The notes under the pieces: generated by a model
The model's input: the letters and a program-made list of their open reading frames with translations, nothing else
Told to the model about the DNA's origin: nothing
Database searches by the model: none
Part shown: positions 21,069 to 35,019 of the stretch, piece after piece
Layout of the letters: each line of letters opens with the position of its first letter
Numbering within the stretch: the first letter of the stretch is position 1
Position numbers and translations under genes: made by a program
Origin: Vicugna vicugna
Lineage: Eukaryota
Direction: 5' to 3'
Assembly: GCA_013265495.1 (NCBI GenBank)
Contig: MU060887.1
Coordinates: 124,001-188,000 of the forward strand
DNA: 64,000 nt

Positions 21069-21999
21069 TCCGGGGACAAACAGCCGAGCTCTGGGTTTGG
21101 GGAACGGAGTGGGTGGGGTCGCTTTCCAAGCTTCGCCCCGGTGTCTCTGGAGCTTCGCCCGCCGGGGCTAGTGGGATGGGAGGGAAATAAAAGGGAAATT
21201 GAGGCGGGCCTTGGAGGACCCGATTCGGTCGGGGCCTAGAAGTTCAAATACCACTATACTCCTAGAATACGGTGTCTGTATCGCTGAATTCCTGTCCCCC
21301 ATCGGGTTTCAGGCACTTTGTACTCGCGGTCCCTGCCACTCCACACAGTCTGAGACCCGTGGACTAGGAATCCCCGCTCCCATGGAGTTCAAACCTTCAT
21401 TCTTGGAGTTCCCCAATTCCCCCTCTCTGTCGCTCATCCGGAGCGCCCCCCTCCCCTTGCCTGCTACCTACTCTCTCTCTCATTCGGGCTAAGACTCCCC
21501 GAACCAAGACCGCAGACCTCTAAAGACTCGGCTCAGAGTCTCCACCCACCACGCAGGCTCCTTCCCCCCAACTCGGGGTGCACCCCCATACCGCCCTTCT
21601 CCCTCTCTCTCCCCCATCTTAGCGAGACGCACGCCTCCTAGATTTGTCCACCGCGCTGCACGTCTCTTTCGATTCCCTGCTTTCAGCGGGGCTCACGCCC
21701 TCGGCCTGTGGATTTCTATTTCTCACTAGGGTCCCATTTCCTCCAGCTCCGTTTTCCCCTCTCCGGCCCCACAACCTTTCTTCCTTTCTCCTCGGATATC
21801 AGCGGGGCTCACATCTCCTGACTCAACTCTCCCATTCCACACTGCGATCAAGCCCCAGACTTCGTTTTCCTTTCCGGTGCCCGCTCTTACCCGCCCCCAA
21901 CAGCCCTTTCCCCTCTCCCCGCCCACCCTGGGGCCCCGCGGCCCCTGACTCGCCAGCCCTTCCCGCCCCACCTCCTCTGCGCCCGATTCTCACCCAGGC

Positions 22000-23878
<1,879 letters not shown>

Positions 23879-24257
23879 TTATTTTCCGCCCACCCTAGTG
23901 ACTGCCTTTGTGCTTACGGGGAAAACCGAGGCCAGAGCCTTGGAATACAGGCCGCATCCCCAGGCTCCCCGCCCCCTGCTCGCGGCGTCTCCTGCTGGGC
24001 CGGTGGTCTTGCGCGGCCGCGCTCAGTCCGATGCACTAACAGGGGGCCGGGCGGCAGCTGTCCCGCCGCTCTTGCTGCCCAGGGGGGTGGATCTCCCAAA
24101 GTCTCAAGGCCGTGCGGACCTGGTGCCGGAGAGGGTGCAGGGCAGTGCTGCTCTGACTCAGTAACTGGGCCCAGCCCGCCTCGTGACCTTGGGGAGCGAG
24201 GACAAAGGGTCCTCCCGGGCGTACTGACCGGGAGGGGGTGGGTCTCAGCTTTCAGCC

Positions 24258-26300
24258 ATGGCCTCAGGCAACGCGCACATCGGAAAGCACGCTCCGGAGT
24301 TCCAGGCCACCGCCGTGGTAGATGGCGCCTTCAAGGAGGTGAAGCTTTCAGACTACAGAGGTGAGGGCGATCTGGAGGGGAGCCTGGTGGGGGCGGAGCA
24401 CAGGCATTAGAGGCACTGAGCCCTCACTCCTTGTCTATTCGCACCCTTCCCCCAGGGAAATACTTGGTTCTCTTTTTCTACCCGCTGGACTTCACCTTTG
24501 TCTGCCCCACGGAGATCATCGCTTTCAGTGAGCATGCTGAGGAGTTCCACAAGCTGGGCTGCGAGGTGCTGGGTGTCTCCGTCGACTCTCAGTTCACCCA
24601 CCTGGCTTGGTATGAGTGGGGAGCAGCAAGGAAGGAGGGTGCAGCTAAACCTGCCCGTCTATAGGGTCAGAGCTGTGTGTTCTCGTGGCCAGTGTTCAAT
24701 CTCTGTGCCTCCCTTTCGCATCTTGAAAATAATGGAAATAGTGATGTCCAAAGTCTTTAATGATAATGACAATAATTAGCATTTGGAAACTAGTCAGGAG
24801 GCCTAGAGAGTTGCAGATGTTTTATCTCACTTAGGGCAACACAGTCTCCCTCCCAAGAACTATTTCAATAAGGTGAAAACTCCAGTTCAAGAGAGTGAAG
24901 GGCTGGGCCCCAGAACACGGAGATAAAGATAGAAGGATGGGGACTAAGGCAGGTTCTCTGCCCCAAGATGCAGGCAGCCACAAGCACATGTGAAGCCATT
25001 TGCTAGAGTATTAGCTTAGTCTTCCCAGCTGGAGGAAACAGCCCCTGTACCCACTTCAGGGGGGGATGGGTGGGGCTCCCTAGGCCTTACTCCAAAGCCC
25101 CTTATCGCTCACCTCCAGCACTCCCTCTCCAGCCCTTATCACACCCAGGCCCGCATGGTGAGGACCTTGCTGTGCCAGGCATCCTGAGGTCCCAGCCCTG
25201 TCTTCTCCACCCCTAGGATCAACACCCCTCGGAAGGAGGGAGGCTTGGGCCCCCTGAACATCCCCCTGCTGGCTGATGTAACCAGAAGCTTGTCCCGTGA
25301 TTATGGTGTGCTAAAGGAAGACGAGGGCATCGCATACAGGTACTGTAGCAGCCTCAGGAAGCCCCTGTCTTCAGGGTGTCAGGGTGAGGGGACCACTCTT
25401 GGGTGATGCCCTCCTTGCCCCTAACCCTGTGGCTAGCAGGAAGTCGGTACTCCCTCCCCTAGCCCTAATAGTGGGAGCCCCGGCTCCTCACTGTGAACCC
25501 TGGTATCTTAGGGGCCTCTTTATCATCGATGGCAAGGGTATCCTTCGCCAGATCACTATCAATGATTTGCCTGTGGGACGCTCCGTGGATGAGGCTCTGC
25601 GGCTGGTCCAGGCCTTCCAGTACACAGATGAGCATGGGGAAGGTGAGCAGACACACAGACATGTTCACACGTGGGTACCTATGCAGCCCCTCTGTCATGC
25701 GTGCGTACATTCATTGCCTGCTTATCACCCGTGTGGGATGGATGTGAGGGCCCCTAGAAGATTCAGCTCAAGGCCGGAAGCCAGGAAGTTTCTAGTCTGG
25801 TGGGGGAAATACCCCAATATGAGGCTGGGGAGCTGGGAGGTAATAGAAATCTATAGAAGGTATTTGAGAATGAGTGTCCCAAGGCAGGCTTTAATGTTAG
25901 TTGGATCAGAGTATCTTCTCATGTGAAGGACACAACCTGACCACAGCCAGGCCCTCGAAGTCCAGTGGGGCTGGGGCTGAGAGAGAAAGATGGGATGAAA
26001 GGAGCCAAAAAGGAAGTTAAAATGTCAGCCAGAAAATCCTGCAGCTGGGTTTGGAGGGCTTCTCATCATGCAGCATGGTCTTGGGCCTGGAACACTCGGC
26101 TCCAGGCTTTTTCTTCTGCAACTCATGCTCTTGCTTTGCCTATCTGTCCCCTCACTATGGCTCTACCTTGAATATGGCCCTTTAACCTCACATGTGCATC
26201 TCTTGTCTTTCCAGTCTGTCCTGCTGGCTGGAAGCCAGGCAGTGACACAATCAAGCCCAATGTGGACGACAGCAAGGAATATTTCTCCAAACACAACTAG
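24258..26300 (+). CDS. PRDX2: Peroxiredoxin-2, 198 aa
   Basis: Exons 24258-24360, 24456-24609, 25217-25339, 25512-25642, 26215-26300 (597 nt). Peroxidatic FTFVCPTEI and resolving GEVCPAGW motifs, GGLG motif, C-terminal EYFSKHN. Confidence 0.98.
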
Positions 26301-26507
26301 GCTGGCAGACAGGTGGCAAACTTGGCTCTTGGCCCCCATCTGTGCCCCTATCTGGGTGCCTTGCGCTGACCCAGGAAAGGCCAGACCTGCCCCCCTTCAG
26401 ACTCTACAGTCCATGGCCCTAAAGGGCTAGGCCAAGGCCTTCTCACGCTCCCAGCTGGGAGCTGGTGAATGGTGACCCCCTCCCAGGGCACAGGCCTAGA
26501 GGTGACC

Positions 26508-26513
26508 AATAAA
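26508..26513 (+). terminator. PRDX2 polyadenylation signal
   Basis: AATAAA followed by GT-rich downstream sequence. Confidence 0.8.
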
Positions 26514-27299
26514 GTGTTCGGGACAGTTAAGTCTGTGTTCGTGTGGTTTGTCCTGGTGTGGTAGCACACCACTCCCCGCCCCCTTTCTCCAGGCTCTGGT
26601 CTGGGAAACTGACTGTAGTTACTGATCTCCACCACAAGGTGGCAGTCGCACCTCACGCTCAGCGCTTACTCTTCCTCTTTTTCCTTGGCCTGAAGGCAGT
26701 TGGGGGGTGAGGAAGGTGGCGCTGTTTGCCCCTTGCAGGGGGAGCAAGTCCCAGGCTGCCTTACAACCTGAAACCTGGCTACTCAGGGCAGCACTCGCAC
26801 CTTGCCAACAACCAGCTTGGGTTCAAATGCTTCTTAAGAGCTGTGATCTTCCCTGGGTCTCTTCAACAGCAAATTGGGAATAAAGACAACCAACCCACAT
26901 CACTATACACGTTAAAAGGGATCTAAAAGTATGTGAAGAGCAGGGCCCTGTTAATGGTTATTAGGACCAGGTCCCTGGGGCTGAAAGAAGGTGGGGACTC
27001 AATCCTGAGAGCAGAACCAAGAGTGGGAACTTGATGTACACACACAGTCCCTCCTGCAAGTTCTGCCCCACCCCAGACTGGAAGGGCTTTCCATCTACCC
27101 CGGGAGTGGAAGGATGAGAGTTAAGCTGGAAGGCAGGTGTTAGGAGCAAGACAGTGTTAGAAGGAGTGCAGTTTGATGCTGTGCATGTTCAGGTGAGTGG
27201 CTTTACCACTCTAAGCCCCCATTTCCTTCCACAGAACAAGATTGATAAGTGTATTTAATCCATAGGCCCATTATTAATATTGCTACCCACCCTAATATG

Positions 27300-27720
27300 C
27301 TCCAAGGTCACTCTTCTCAGCCTTGGAGTTTTATCTACACTCCCCAAGGCCCTGCGTGGTCTTCCCTGACCTCGTCTCTCCCTGGTTCACTCCACTGCAG
27401 CACACTGGCTTCTTGCTGTTCTTTAACAGGCTGATTTGATCAGGCCACAGGAACTTTGCATGTGCCGTTCCCAATGCCCATAGAGCTGTTACTCAGGATT
27501 CTCGGGGCTCGACTTCAAATCTGAAAAATCACTTCATTAAAGGTTCATACTCCCCAACCATTCTCCAAAGCAGCTCACCTCTCCTGCCCCATCACTACTA
27601 CTTTGACCAGTATTTTCTCTTCCTAGCACTTACCACCATCTCCGAATCATGTTTGCTTGTTTATTGTCTGCCCTGGTCCAGGAGTGACACCAAGGCCAGG
27701 TTGTTCAGTATTTTATAAAT
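27300..27720 (+). mobile_element. L2 fragment
   Basis: CACTCCACTGCAGCACACTGGCTTCTTGCTGTTCTT..CTTTGCATGTGCCGTTCCC..CCTAGCACTTACCACCATCT. Confidence 0.6.
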
Positions 27721-28199
27721 GAATTAATAAAGCGTCTGTTTTAACCCACCTCGCCCCTGTGGCCTGGTTTCTTGGCCTGTGTTTTCCTCTGCTGCTCTGG
27801 GGGCCTCCAGCTCCGAAGCCAACCAGACCCCCTCGGGGCTCACCAGCCTCCCTCCACCCGTCCCAGCTACCAGGGAAGCAGCCCCACGCGAGGGCGGCGG
27901 CGGCGCCCGGCGGCCCAAGCAGCCGCCCCGGCAGGACCAGACCTGGCAGTCGCCCCGCTCCAGGCCTGGCACCCGGGAGGGGAAACTGGCAGACGGGCAC
28001 CGCCCTTCCTGGCGGGGGTGGGGGGACCGCCGCAGTCACGACGCGCAGGCAACTGCAACCCCCTGCCCGGGTCAGGTCAGACGGAGCGGGCGTGGGCGCG
28101 GCAGGGCCCAGGCGCCAGCCCGATGTGGGGAGGATCTGGGGTGGCTCCCAGAGCTCAGGAGCGCGGCCCGCCCACCGCGGACGCTCTGGACCCAGGCCT

Positions 28200-28385
28200 G
28201 GGGCTTTCCGGGCCTCGGCAGCGTTCTGCCTGGGAAAATCCCGGCCCCCTTCCCGGCGCCGCGGCCCTGCCCGGCAGAGCGGGGGAGGGGATTCCCGGAA
28301 TCTGCCCGGAGACCGCCGTCGCGTCACTGGGCAGAATCGGCCCATGTTTGGACAGCGCTTCCGCTGCGTCAGCGGGGAAAGCCCC
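28200..28385. promoter_or_regulatory. JUNB downstream enhancer: clustered NF-kB, STAT, CArG-like and CRE-like sites
   Basis: GGGGCTTTCC 28200-28209, GGGAAAATCC 28232-28241, GGGGATTCCC 28287-28296 overlapping TTCCCGGAA 28292-28300, CCATGTTTGG 28342-28351, TGCGTCA 28366-28372, GGGGAAAGCCCC 28374-28385. Confidence 0.75.
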
Positions 28386-28691
28386 GGCGCGCGCGACTGG
28401 GCGGGGCCGCGCCCGCGCACTGCGCGTTTCGCCCCAGGCATCCCGGCCTCTGGTGCTGGCCGGCTGGACCGCGTAACCGCCCTGGACCTCCCAACCTGGA
28501 AGATGAGGGGACGCAAGAAGGGTTGGACACCTGAACTGGGGCCGCAAGATGCCTGAACAGAGCTGGCGAGGATGACACAGATACTAGAACGAGGCACAAA
28601 CAGCAGTGGGGTGGGGGCCGCCCAGTACTCTTCCCTCCGCCCGCCCGGCTTGGAAAAAAAGACAACAAATTAATAAAGAACCTTTTTTTTC

Positions 28692-28697
28692 TTTACT
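28692..28697 (-). terminator. JUNB variant polyadenylation signal (AGTAAA)
   Basis: AGTAAA on the minus strand after an AU-rich 3' UTR, followed by T/GT-rich sequence. Confidence 0.55.
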
Positions 28698-29175
28698 TAA
28701 ATAGATTCAATAAAAAGTCCGAACAACAAACGCACACACACACACAAACACATCAAAATAAACTCTTTAGATAACAAGTGCGTGTTTCTTTTCCACAGTA
28801 CGTTGCAGAGGGGGAGGGCAGGGGGCGGAGGTCCCCTCCCCAGTATCCCCGCGGGCTTGAGTACCAGGCGGCGGGGCCAGCTCCGCCGCAATCGCCCCCT
28901 CCTCCCCTCCCTGTTAAATACACAAATATATTATATCCAATATGAATTGAGTCTTTCCAGCAAGAAAAAAAAATACAAAAAACGTGGAAGGGGGGCTTGT
29001 AAACGTCGAGGTGGAAGGACTGGGCGCAGAGCGGGCGAGCAGGAGTCCAGTGTGGTTTGCGGCGCCCCCAGGTCCCAAGGCCGGTGCCCACCGCCTGCCC
29101 CCTTGCCCCATGGGAGGCGGGCGCCCAGCCGTCCAGGCTGGGGAAATGTCCGTACAGAGGGGGTAAGGGGGGCGC

Positions 29176-30219
29176 TCAGAAGGCGTGTCCCTTGACCCCA
29201 AGCAGCAGCTGGCAGCCGTTGCTGACGTGGGTCATGACCTTCTGTTTGAGCTGGGCCACCTGCTCCCGGAGGAGGCCGGCAGTGCTGGACAGCCCCGCGT
29301 TCTCGGCCTTGAGTGTCTTCACCTTGTCCTCCAGGCGCGCGATACGCTCCAGCTTCCGCTTCCGGCACTTAGTGGCCGCCAGCCGGTTCCGCAGCCGCTT
29401 ACGCTCTACTTTGATGCGCTCCTGGTCTTCCATGTTGATGGGGGACACTGGCGGCGTGGCGTCGCGACTNNNNNNNNNNNNNNNNNNNNNNNNNNNNNNN
29501 NNNNNNNNNNNNNNNNNNNNNNNNNNNNNNNNNNNNNNNNNNNNNNNNNNNNNNNNNNNNNNNNNNNNNNNNNNNNNNNNNNNNNNNNNNNNNNNNNNNN
29601 NGCTCCCAGTGCCGACGGCGGTCCCGGCGCCTCCGGAGGGTGCAGAGGCTGGAGAATAGCTGCTGAGGTTGGTGTAGACGGGAGGCGGCTCCGGGCCGGC
29701 GTAGACACCCGCGGGCCCGGCCGGGGGACCCCCGCTGGCGCCCAGGGACACGTTGGGGGGTGTCACGTGGTTCATCTTGTGCAGGTCGTCCAGGGCTTTT
29801 ACAAAGCCGTCGGCGAAGCCTTCCTGCTCCTCGGTGACGCCGCCCCCTGCGCCCCCCGCACCTCCACCGCTGCCACCCCCGCGGGGGTAAAAGTACTGTC
29901 CCGGAGGCGTGGGCGTTGTCGTGATCACGCCGTTGCTGTTGGGGACGATCAGGCGCTCCAGCTCCGATGAGGCCAGCTTGAGCGACGCGACTGTGTCTGA
30001 GCCCTGGCCGGAAAAGTAGCTGCCGCCACCGCTGCCCTCTGGGCCGGGACCCCGCGCCCCGGGTGCTTTGAGATTTCGGTAGGGGTCGGCCAGGTTGAGC
30101 GCCAGGCTGGGTTTCAGGAGTTTGTAGTCGTGTAGAGAGAGGCCGCCAGGAGTCCGGCCGTATCCCGCCGCTGCGTATGAGTCGTCGTGGTAGAAGGGCT
30201 GTTCCATTTTAGTGCACAT
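29176..30219 (-). CDS. JUNB: AP-1 transcription factor JunB, intronless, 347 aa including the gap
   Basis: [15 protein letters not shown]... to b[40 protein letters not shown]...GHAF*. The 132-N gap is in frame. Confidence 0.98.
   Translation of the reverse strand: MCTKMEQPFYHDDSYAAAGYGRTPGGLSLHDYKLLKPSLALNLADPYRNLKAPGARGPGPEGSGGGSYFSGQGSDTVASLKLASSELERLIVPNSNGVITTTPTPPGQYFYPRGGGSGGGAGGAGGGVTEEQEGFADGFVKALDDLHKMNHVTPPNVSLGASGGPPAGPAGVYAGPEPPPVYTNLSSYSPASAPSGGAGTAVGTGSXXXXXXXXXXXXXXXXXXXXXXXXXXXXXXXXXXXXXXXXXXXXSRDATPPVSPINMEDQERIKVERKRLRNRLAATKCRKRKLERIARLEDKVKTLKAENAGLSSTAGLLREQVAQLKQKVMTHVSNGCQLLLGVKGHAF
29470..29601. other. Assembly gap (132 N) inside the JUNB CDS
   Basis: Run of N in a very GC-rich segment; length is a multiple of 3. 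Confidence 0.99.
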
Positions 30220-30529
30220 CCGGCCGGCCCGGGCGGTCTGAGGGGGTCCCTGCGGGGCCGCCCCGGGCCTCGCTGCAGCGAGCGGCGCGCTGTCCGCGGC
30301 GGTAGCTGGACTGGGTGTCTGGACGCGGGTTCCTGGGGGCTGGCACGGGCTGGGAGAGGCCAGCGGCGGCAGTGCGCGGAAGCTCTGTGCGGCTTCTCGA
30401 GCCCCCCTACCCCTCTCTAGCACGCTCGCTTTCTTGGTGTCGCTTCCCCCTTGCTCCCTGCTCCCAGCTGGCTCCGATGCTGGCCTGGCCGCGCTCAAGG
30501 TCCCAGCCGCTCAGCCGGAGCCACAAGCC

Positions 30530-30655
30530 TTTATACGGCGATTGTCAGCTGCGGAAGTGCACTCCGATTGGCCGTCGCCGGAGCCAGGCCCCCGCGCCCC
30601 CCTCCTGGAGCGTGGGGAAGGGGAGGAGGCGGCTCGCGTCACTGTCAGGAAGCGC
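30530..30655 (-). promoter_or_regulatory. JUNB proximal promoter: TATA, CCAAT and ETS/STAT-CRE composite (JRE-IL6 type)
   Basis: TATAAA 30535-30530, CCAAT 30571-30567, GCTTCCTGACAGTGACGCGAGCC around 30653-30631. Confidence 0.8.
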
Positions 30656-32048
30656 GTGTCCTTGTAAACAGCGGCCACGGGCTGGGTGGCTCGGCAAGGC
30701 TGCAGGGGGAGGGGCTCAGGGGACCCTGGGGTGCGCAACGAAGGGGGTGCTGGAGAGGTCTGAGGCACACGGAGAGAGGCTCCAGGGAAGCCGATAATTT
30801 CCCTGGAATAAGCAATGAGGGTTAGGAGGAACTGGTACAGAGCAAGTGTGTGTGGTTGCGGGGTGGTCCTGGAGGGCGCGCTGAAGGCCTGAGGGATCCA
30901 GAGTATCCCAGAGGGGCTGGAGGACTGAGAATAGACTGAGAGATCCCGCAAAGGAGAGACAGGAGAGCTAAGCAGGGTAGCCCCGGGAAGGGTAGGGTGA
31001 CGCCTGACTCAGGAATTGAGTAGTGGTCCTGAGTCCAGAAGGGTTAAGGGACTGGAATTTTCACGGGAGGAACTGACCCCAGGAAAAGTGAGAAGGAGGA
31101 GAGACCAAAGGGATACACGGGAGTGGCTGGAGAACCCCACTATGCAAAAAAATGAGTAGGGGTCCTGGAGTCTCTGGGAGAGACTGAGTCCCCCACAAGT
31201 GGGAATGGGAAAGAATTGGGGGAATCTAGATATGCAGAAAGTGGGTGAGGGTCCTGGGGTATACTGAGTCAAGGAAAATGCGTGGAGTAGAAGATTGGGA
31301 CACTGTCAGAGGTTGGGGGGTCACTGGGCTCACCGTTGAAGCCCCGATGAAGGATAATTAGAAAGGTCAGGGCACTCCTTCAGAGCTGAGATGACACTGA
31401 CAGAGGGTGCCCGGTTGAGACATAAAAGAAGGAGGGGTCTTTGTGGATCCTGGGGACAAGGACTGATGGATCTTCCATGATCGGCACCCCTTCTCGTGAG
31501 TGACCTCTAGGTGCCTGTATACTCTGTTCCCACCTCAAAGCCCTCCCCCAGTGACCCAGGGCTTGACTGACACCGTGTTGGCTCCTGGTGCCTAGACCCA
31601 GCCCGACGGCCGGGGCGCGGTCGCCCAACCCCACTCCTTCCTTAGAAACAGGCTGGGGAAAGAGCGCTGCGGCAGGAAGTGTGGCAACAGCCCCGGGGGA
31701 AGGAGCCCGGCCCTGCCTCCGTCACTTGAATCCTACCGGACCATGCGCCCCACCCTGGGTCCAGCCGCGTTCAGAGCCTCGGAAGAGGAACCTAGGCTTG
31801 AGACCCCCAGGAGACGAGGGTGCGCCGAACACGCCCAGCTGCCGAGGCCTCCAGTCACCGACCCCCACCCAACAATGGTTCAGCCCTCGGCGCCCGCAGG
31901 CGATTGTGGAGGCTGGCGGTCCGGGGACGATTCCATTGGCCCGACAGAGGGGGACTCACGGGGAGCGGGGCCTGATCGCCTTGGCAACAGGCTGGAGTCC
32001 GCGGGCAGGACTGGGGGCGGGGCGGCCCCCGGAGTCTCTCCTCGACGC

Positions 32049-32068
32049 CCATATTAGGGCACAGGAAG
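32049..32068. promoter_or_regulatory. Serum response element (CArG + ETS) upstream of JUNB
   Basis: Perfect CCATATTAGG 32049-32058 followed by CAGGAAG, in a CpG island about 1.5 kb upstream of the TATA box. Confidence 0.8.
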
Positions 32069-32827
32069 GGGTGTGGTCAGCGCTGTCCCGGGGCCCCCAG
32101 CCTGTAGCCGGGAGCCCGGGTATCTGCCAGGTCCCAGGGCGCGCCAGGGCCCCCGGACGGCTAGTCCCGACCAGCCCCGGCCGCCGCCCCCGGGGCCCCC
32201 ACGGCCGCCTGGCCCGGCCCCACCCAGCCGCTCTGGGGCTGCGTCCTGCCAGGCCCTGCCCGGCCCGACCCAGCCTGGCAGGTCCCCGCCTGCCCGCGGG
32301 CCTGGGTCGGACTTCGCCCCCGGCCCGACCCGACAGGGCGCGGAAGGGGCGGGCCAATGCCTCGAGACGACCCTGGCGCCTTGGTGGGCTGGCACGGCTG
32401 CCTTGTACCTCGAGCAGGGCGCCCTTGCTTTCTGTCAGGAGGTCTGGGGTCCTTCCCCACATTCATCCCTAGGGGCTGGGGTGCTCCCTCTTTCACTCAT
32501 GTGCGTGAGAGGCCCTATTCCTGTTTTCGTGTGTGGGGGGGTCTCCTCACCACTCAGAATACCTAAAGGGGGGATCCACCCCCTCATCTGAGGGCATTCC
32601 TCCCCTCCAGACAGAAGGGACCTGAAAATCCAAGGGGAGAATCTGAAAGAACCCCTCCAGAGCCCCTTCCCCAGGAATGAGTGAAGGTTTAGATGATGAG
32701 GCTTCTAGTTAGACCTAAGGTGAGACTTCCAAGCAGATAGGATATGAGCCACTAGAACCAGAGGTGAGAAGCTCAGTCTCTTCCTCTCCACTCCCCCCCA
32801 CATCTTAACCTCTCTGTCTTTCTCCGA

Positions 32828-32847
32828 GGGAGAGAGAGAGAGAGAGA
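32828..32847 (+). repeat. (GA)n microsatellite
   Basis: GGGAGAGAGAGAGAGAGAGA. Confidence 0.8.
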
Positions 32848-33559
32848 CCTCTGTCTTTGGAGAGCATGAAGTTTCTTTAGGGTAGAAAGAGGCTGAGAGA
32901 GAAGGGCTAGCCAGCCTTCATAGGGCAGACACAGAACTCACCAAGTGTGGAGGGAAGGAAAATGAAAGAGGCAAAAGAGAAACTGAGCTCTGTGGGGGCA
33001 GGGGGAAGTCCAGCAGACCAGTGGCCTTGGGGAGGAAGGTCCCATGAAGAGCTGGGGGTGTCCCCATCTTTGGAGGGTCCTTGTGACCCCTGGGTACCCC
33101 CCTCCCCTCCTCTTGTTTGAACGCTCACTCCCCTCCCTCGCCCCAGGCTCAAGGGAGATTCCAGTGGCCACGGAGTCTGGCAGGCACTCTGCCAGGCCTG
33201 TGTCTCCCGCCCATGCTAATAACTGCAGCTGACATCTGGCTGGGCCCTGCGGGGGCGCAGCGGGCAGCGTTGGGGGGCTGGGCAGATCTGGCCAGAGGGC
33301 AGCATCTCAGGAAGCCAACCTGCAGGTCCCACAGGCCAGGAGGCCATAGTGAGTCAGCCCTGACCAGTGCTGAGGCTGGCCATGCCAGGGAGAGAGGTGA
33401 GGCTGGCCCAGTGAGGGCAGAGATGGAGGGCAACAACCGAGCAGGGATGTATGGGGGTGGGGGTCAGGGCTGGGAGAGATGCAGGGTAAGAGTCATGCAG
33501 ACAGATGGCACTACTCAGAGACACTGAAGATAGGCAGACAGATTGAGAAACAATAATTA

Positions 33560-33790
33560 TTATTTTAATAGCCAACACTTATATGGCTCTTACCATAGGT
33601 CAGGCACTCTTCTAAGTGGTTTACATAGAATAACTCCCTGCCTGCTTCCAACAACCCAGCAAAATGCATGCCATTTGTGTCCCCATTTAACAAACTAGAA
33701 AACTTAGTCCCAGGAAGGTAAGGAACTTGCCTGATGTTCCAACATCTGTAACTGCTGGACTTGAGATAGAACGTCAGCCACTTCTGGGTG
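33560..33790 (-). mobile_element. MIR SINE
   Basis: TAATAGCCAACACTTATATGGCTCTTAC..CAGGCACTCTTCTAAGTGGTTTACA..CCCCATTTAACA..GGTAAGGAACTTGCC. Confidence 0.6.
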
Positions 33791-35019
33791 GATAATCACA
33801 ACCAGAGATGCATTTATGGAGTACCAACCATACGCCAAGCTCTGCAGACTTTTGCACAGAGGGTCTCCTTTATCCAGAGATAAATGGGGTTGGGCACAGG
33901 GCAGAGGGGTGCTGGTGTGTTTAGGGGCAGGCCAGCATGCCAGAGTAGGGTCCTGTCACTCTATGCACTCTGCATGGGAGTTTGAGCAGGGGGTGGGGAT
34001 TGGACCAGTGAGGGAGGGCGGGGGCCCAGCTGAGCTGGTACAGCCGGTTCCAGGCCCCTGCCAGTCTCACCCTTGTGGCCTGGGCGCCACCCCCTCACGC
34101 CGCCCCACTGGCGCCAAGGCCAGCCTGTGAGGAGGGTGTGAGGAGAGCCCCCTCCTCCGTCTGCTCTGGGTGCCCAGACTAGCAGCTGGGTACTGCCCAG
34201 GCCTTGGGCTCCAGACCAGCCTCTGGCTGAGGAGTCTGAGCCCAGGCTTTGCTCATGCCCAGGGGCCCTGGGACCCGGGGGACTGGATAAGGAGGAAGTT
34301 CACCCACCCCCACCCACGGGTCTCTCTGGGGCTTTTGGCCCTGGCAGGAGGGACTTCTCCTTCTTATAAATAGCCTGGTGACCCCCTCCTCCCTGGCCCT
34401 ACTGGCCGGCAGGGCCCTCACCAGGAAGCTGGGCTGGGGGCTGCCTGTGAGTCAGCCAGTGGGCAGGCCAGGGCGAGAACCCACAAGTCAGAGCACCCAG
34501 GCTCCCTCGTCCCTGCCCCTGGGTGTGGACAGGCAGCTGGCAAGAAGAGGCTGAGAATCCTAGAGGCCCTCCCCCAGGAACCCCTGGCTTGCCAGCTGCT
34601 TCCCTCCCCCACCTCTGTGGTTTAGGGGGTCCCTCACCCCTCTCCTGGAGAGGAAGCTGCCTGATTTTCTTGGAAGCAGGAAGGAGAGTCTGTCTCCTCA
34701 GGCTGACTCAGCTGGGCATGAGGGGAGTTTCCCACAAAGTTGTTTCTGTCCACCCCCCCAGCTGCTGGTGAGGTCTTGGGGGGCCTGAGCATGGCCGAGA
34801 TCCTGGGTGCCCCATTGACAGGGCATGTGCTAAGGAAACAGGCCCACACCCCACTGGGACTGGGGCTGCTGAGCCAGGCCTCCTAGGGGAAGTGACAAAC
34901 AACAGGGAGGGAGTGGGGGCGATGTTTGGAGAGAGGAAGCACCAGGATCTCCGGGTGGGGGTAGAGATGGGCTGGGAAGCCCAGAGCCCCAAGGCACCTC
35001 AGCATGGTCCAGAAGCACG

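Noticed and set aside
28345-28358. GGACAGCGC RE1 half-sites here and near 30285 and 32080
   Set aside because: Half-sites without a properly spaced left half; common in GC-rich DNA.
27713-28597. Several 230-290 aa overlapping ORFs on both strands
   Set aside because: CpG island/enhancer with stop-codon depletion; Pro/Arg/Gly-rich and no domain or splice support.
29470-29601. Possible disruption of JUNB
   Set aside because: The gap is 132 nt (44 codons) and restores the expected 347-aa length, so it is only missing data.
30220-30498. 93-codon in-frame N-terminal extension of JUNB in the ORF track
   Set aside because: It starts at a TTG about 30 nt below the TATA box, essentially at the cap site. 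Open frames are expected in such a GC-rich UTR.
31588-32591. 294-aa and other ORFs upstream of JUNB
   Set aside because: GC-rich low-complexity artefacts.
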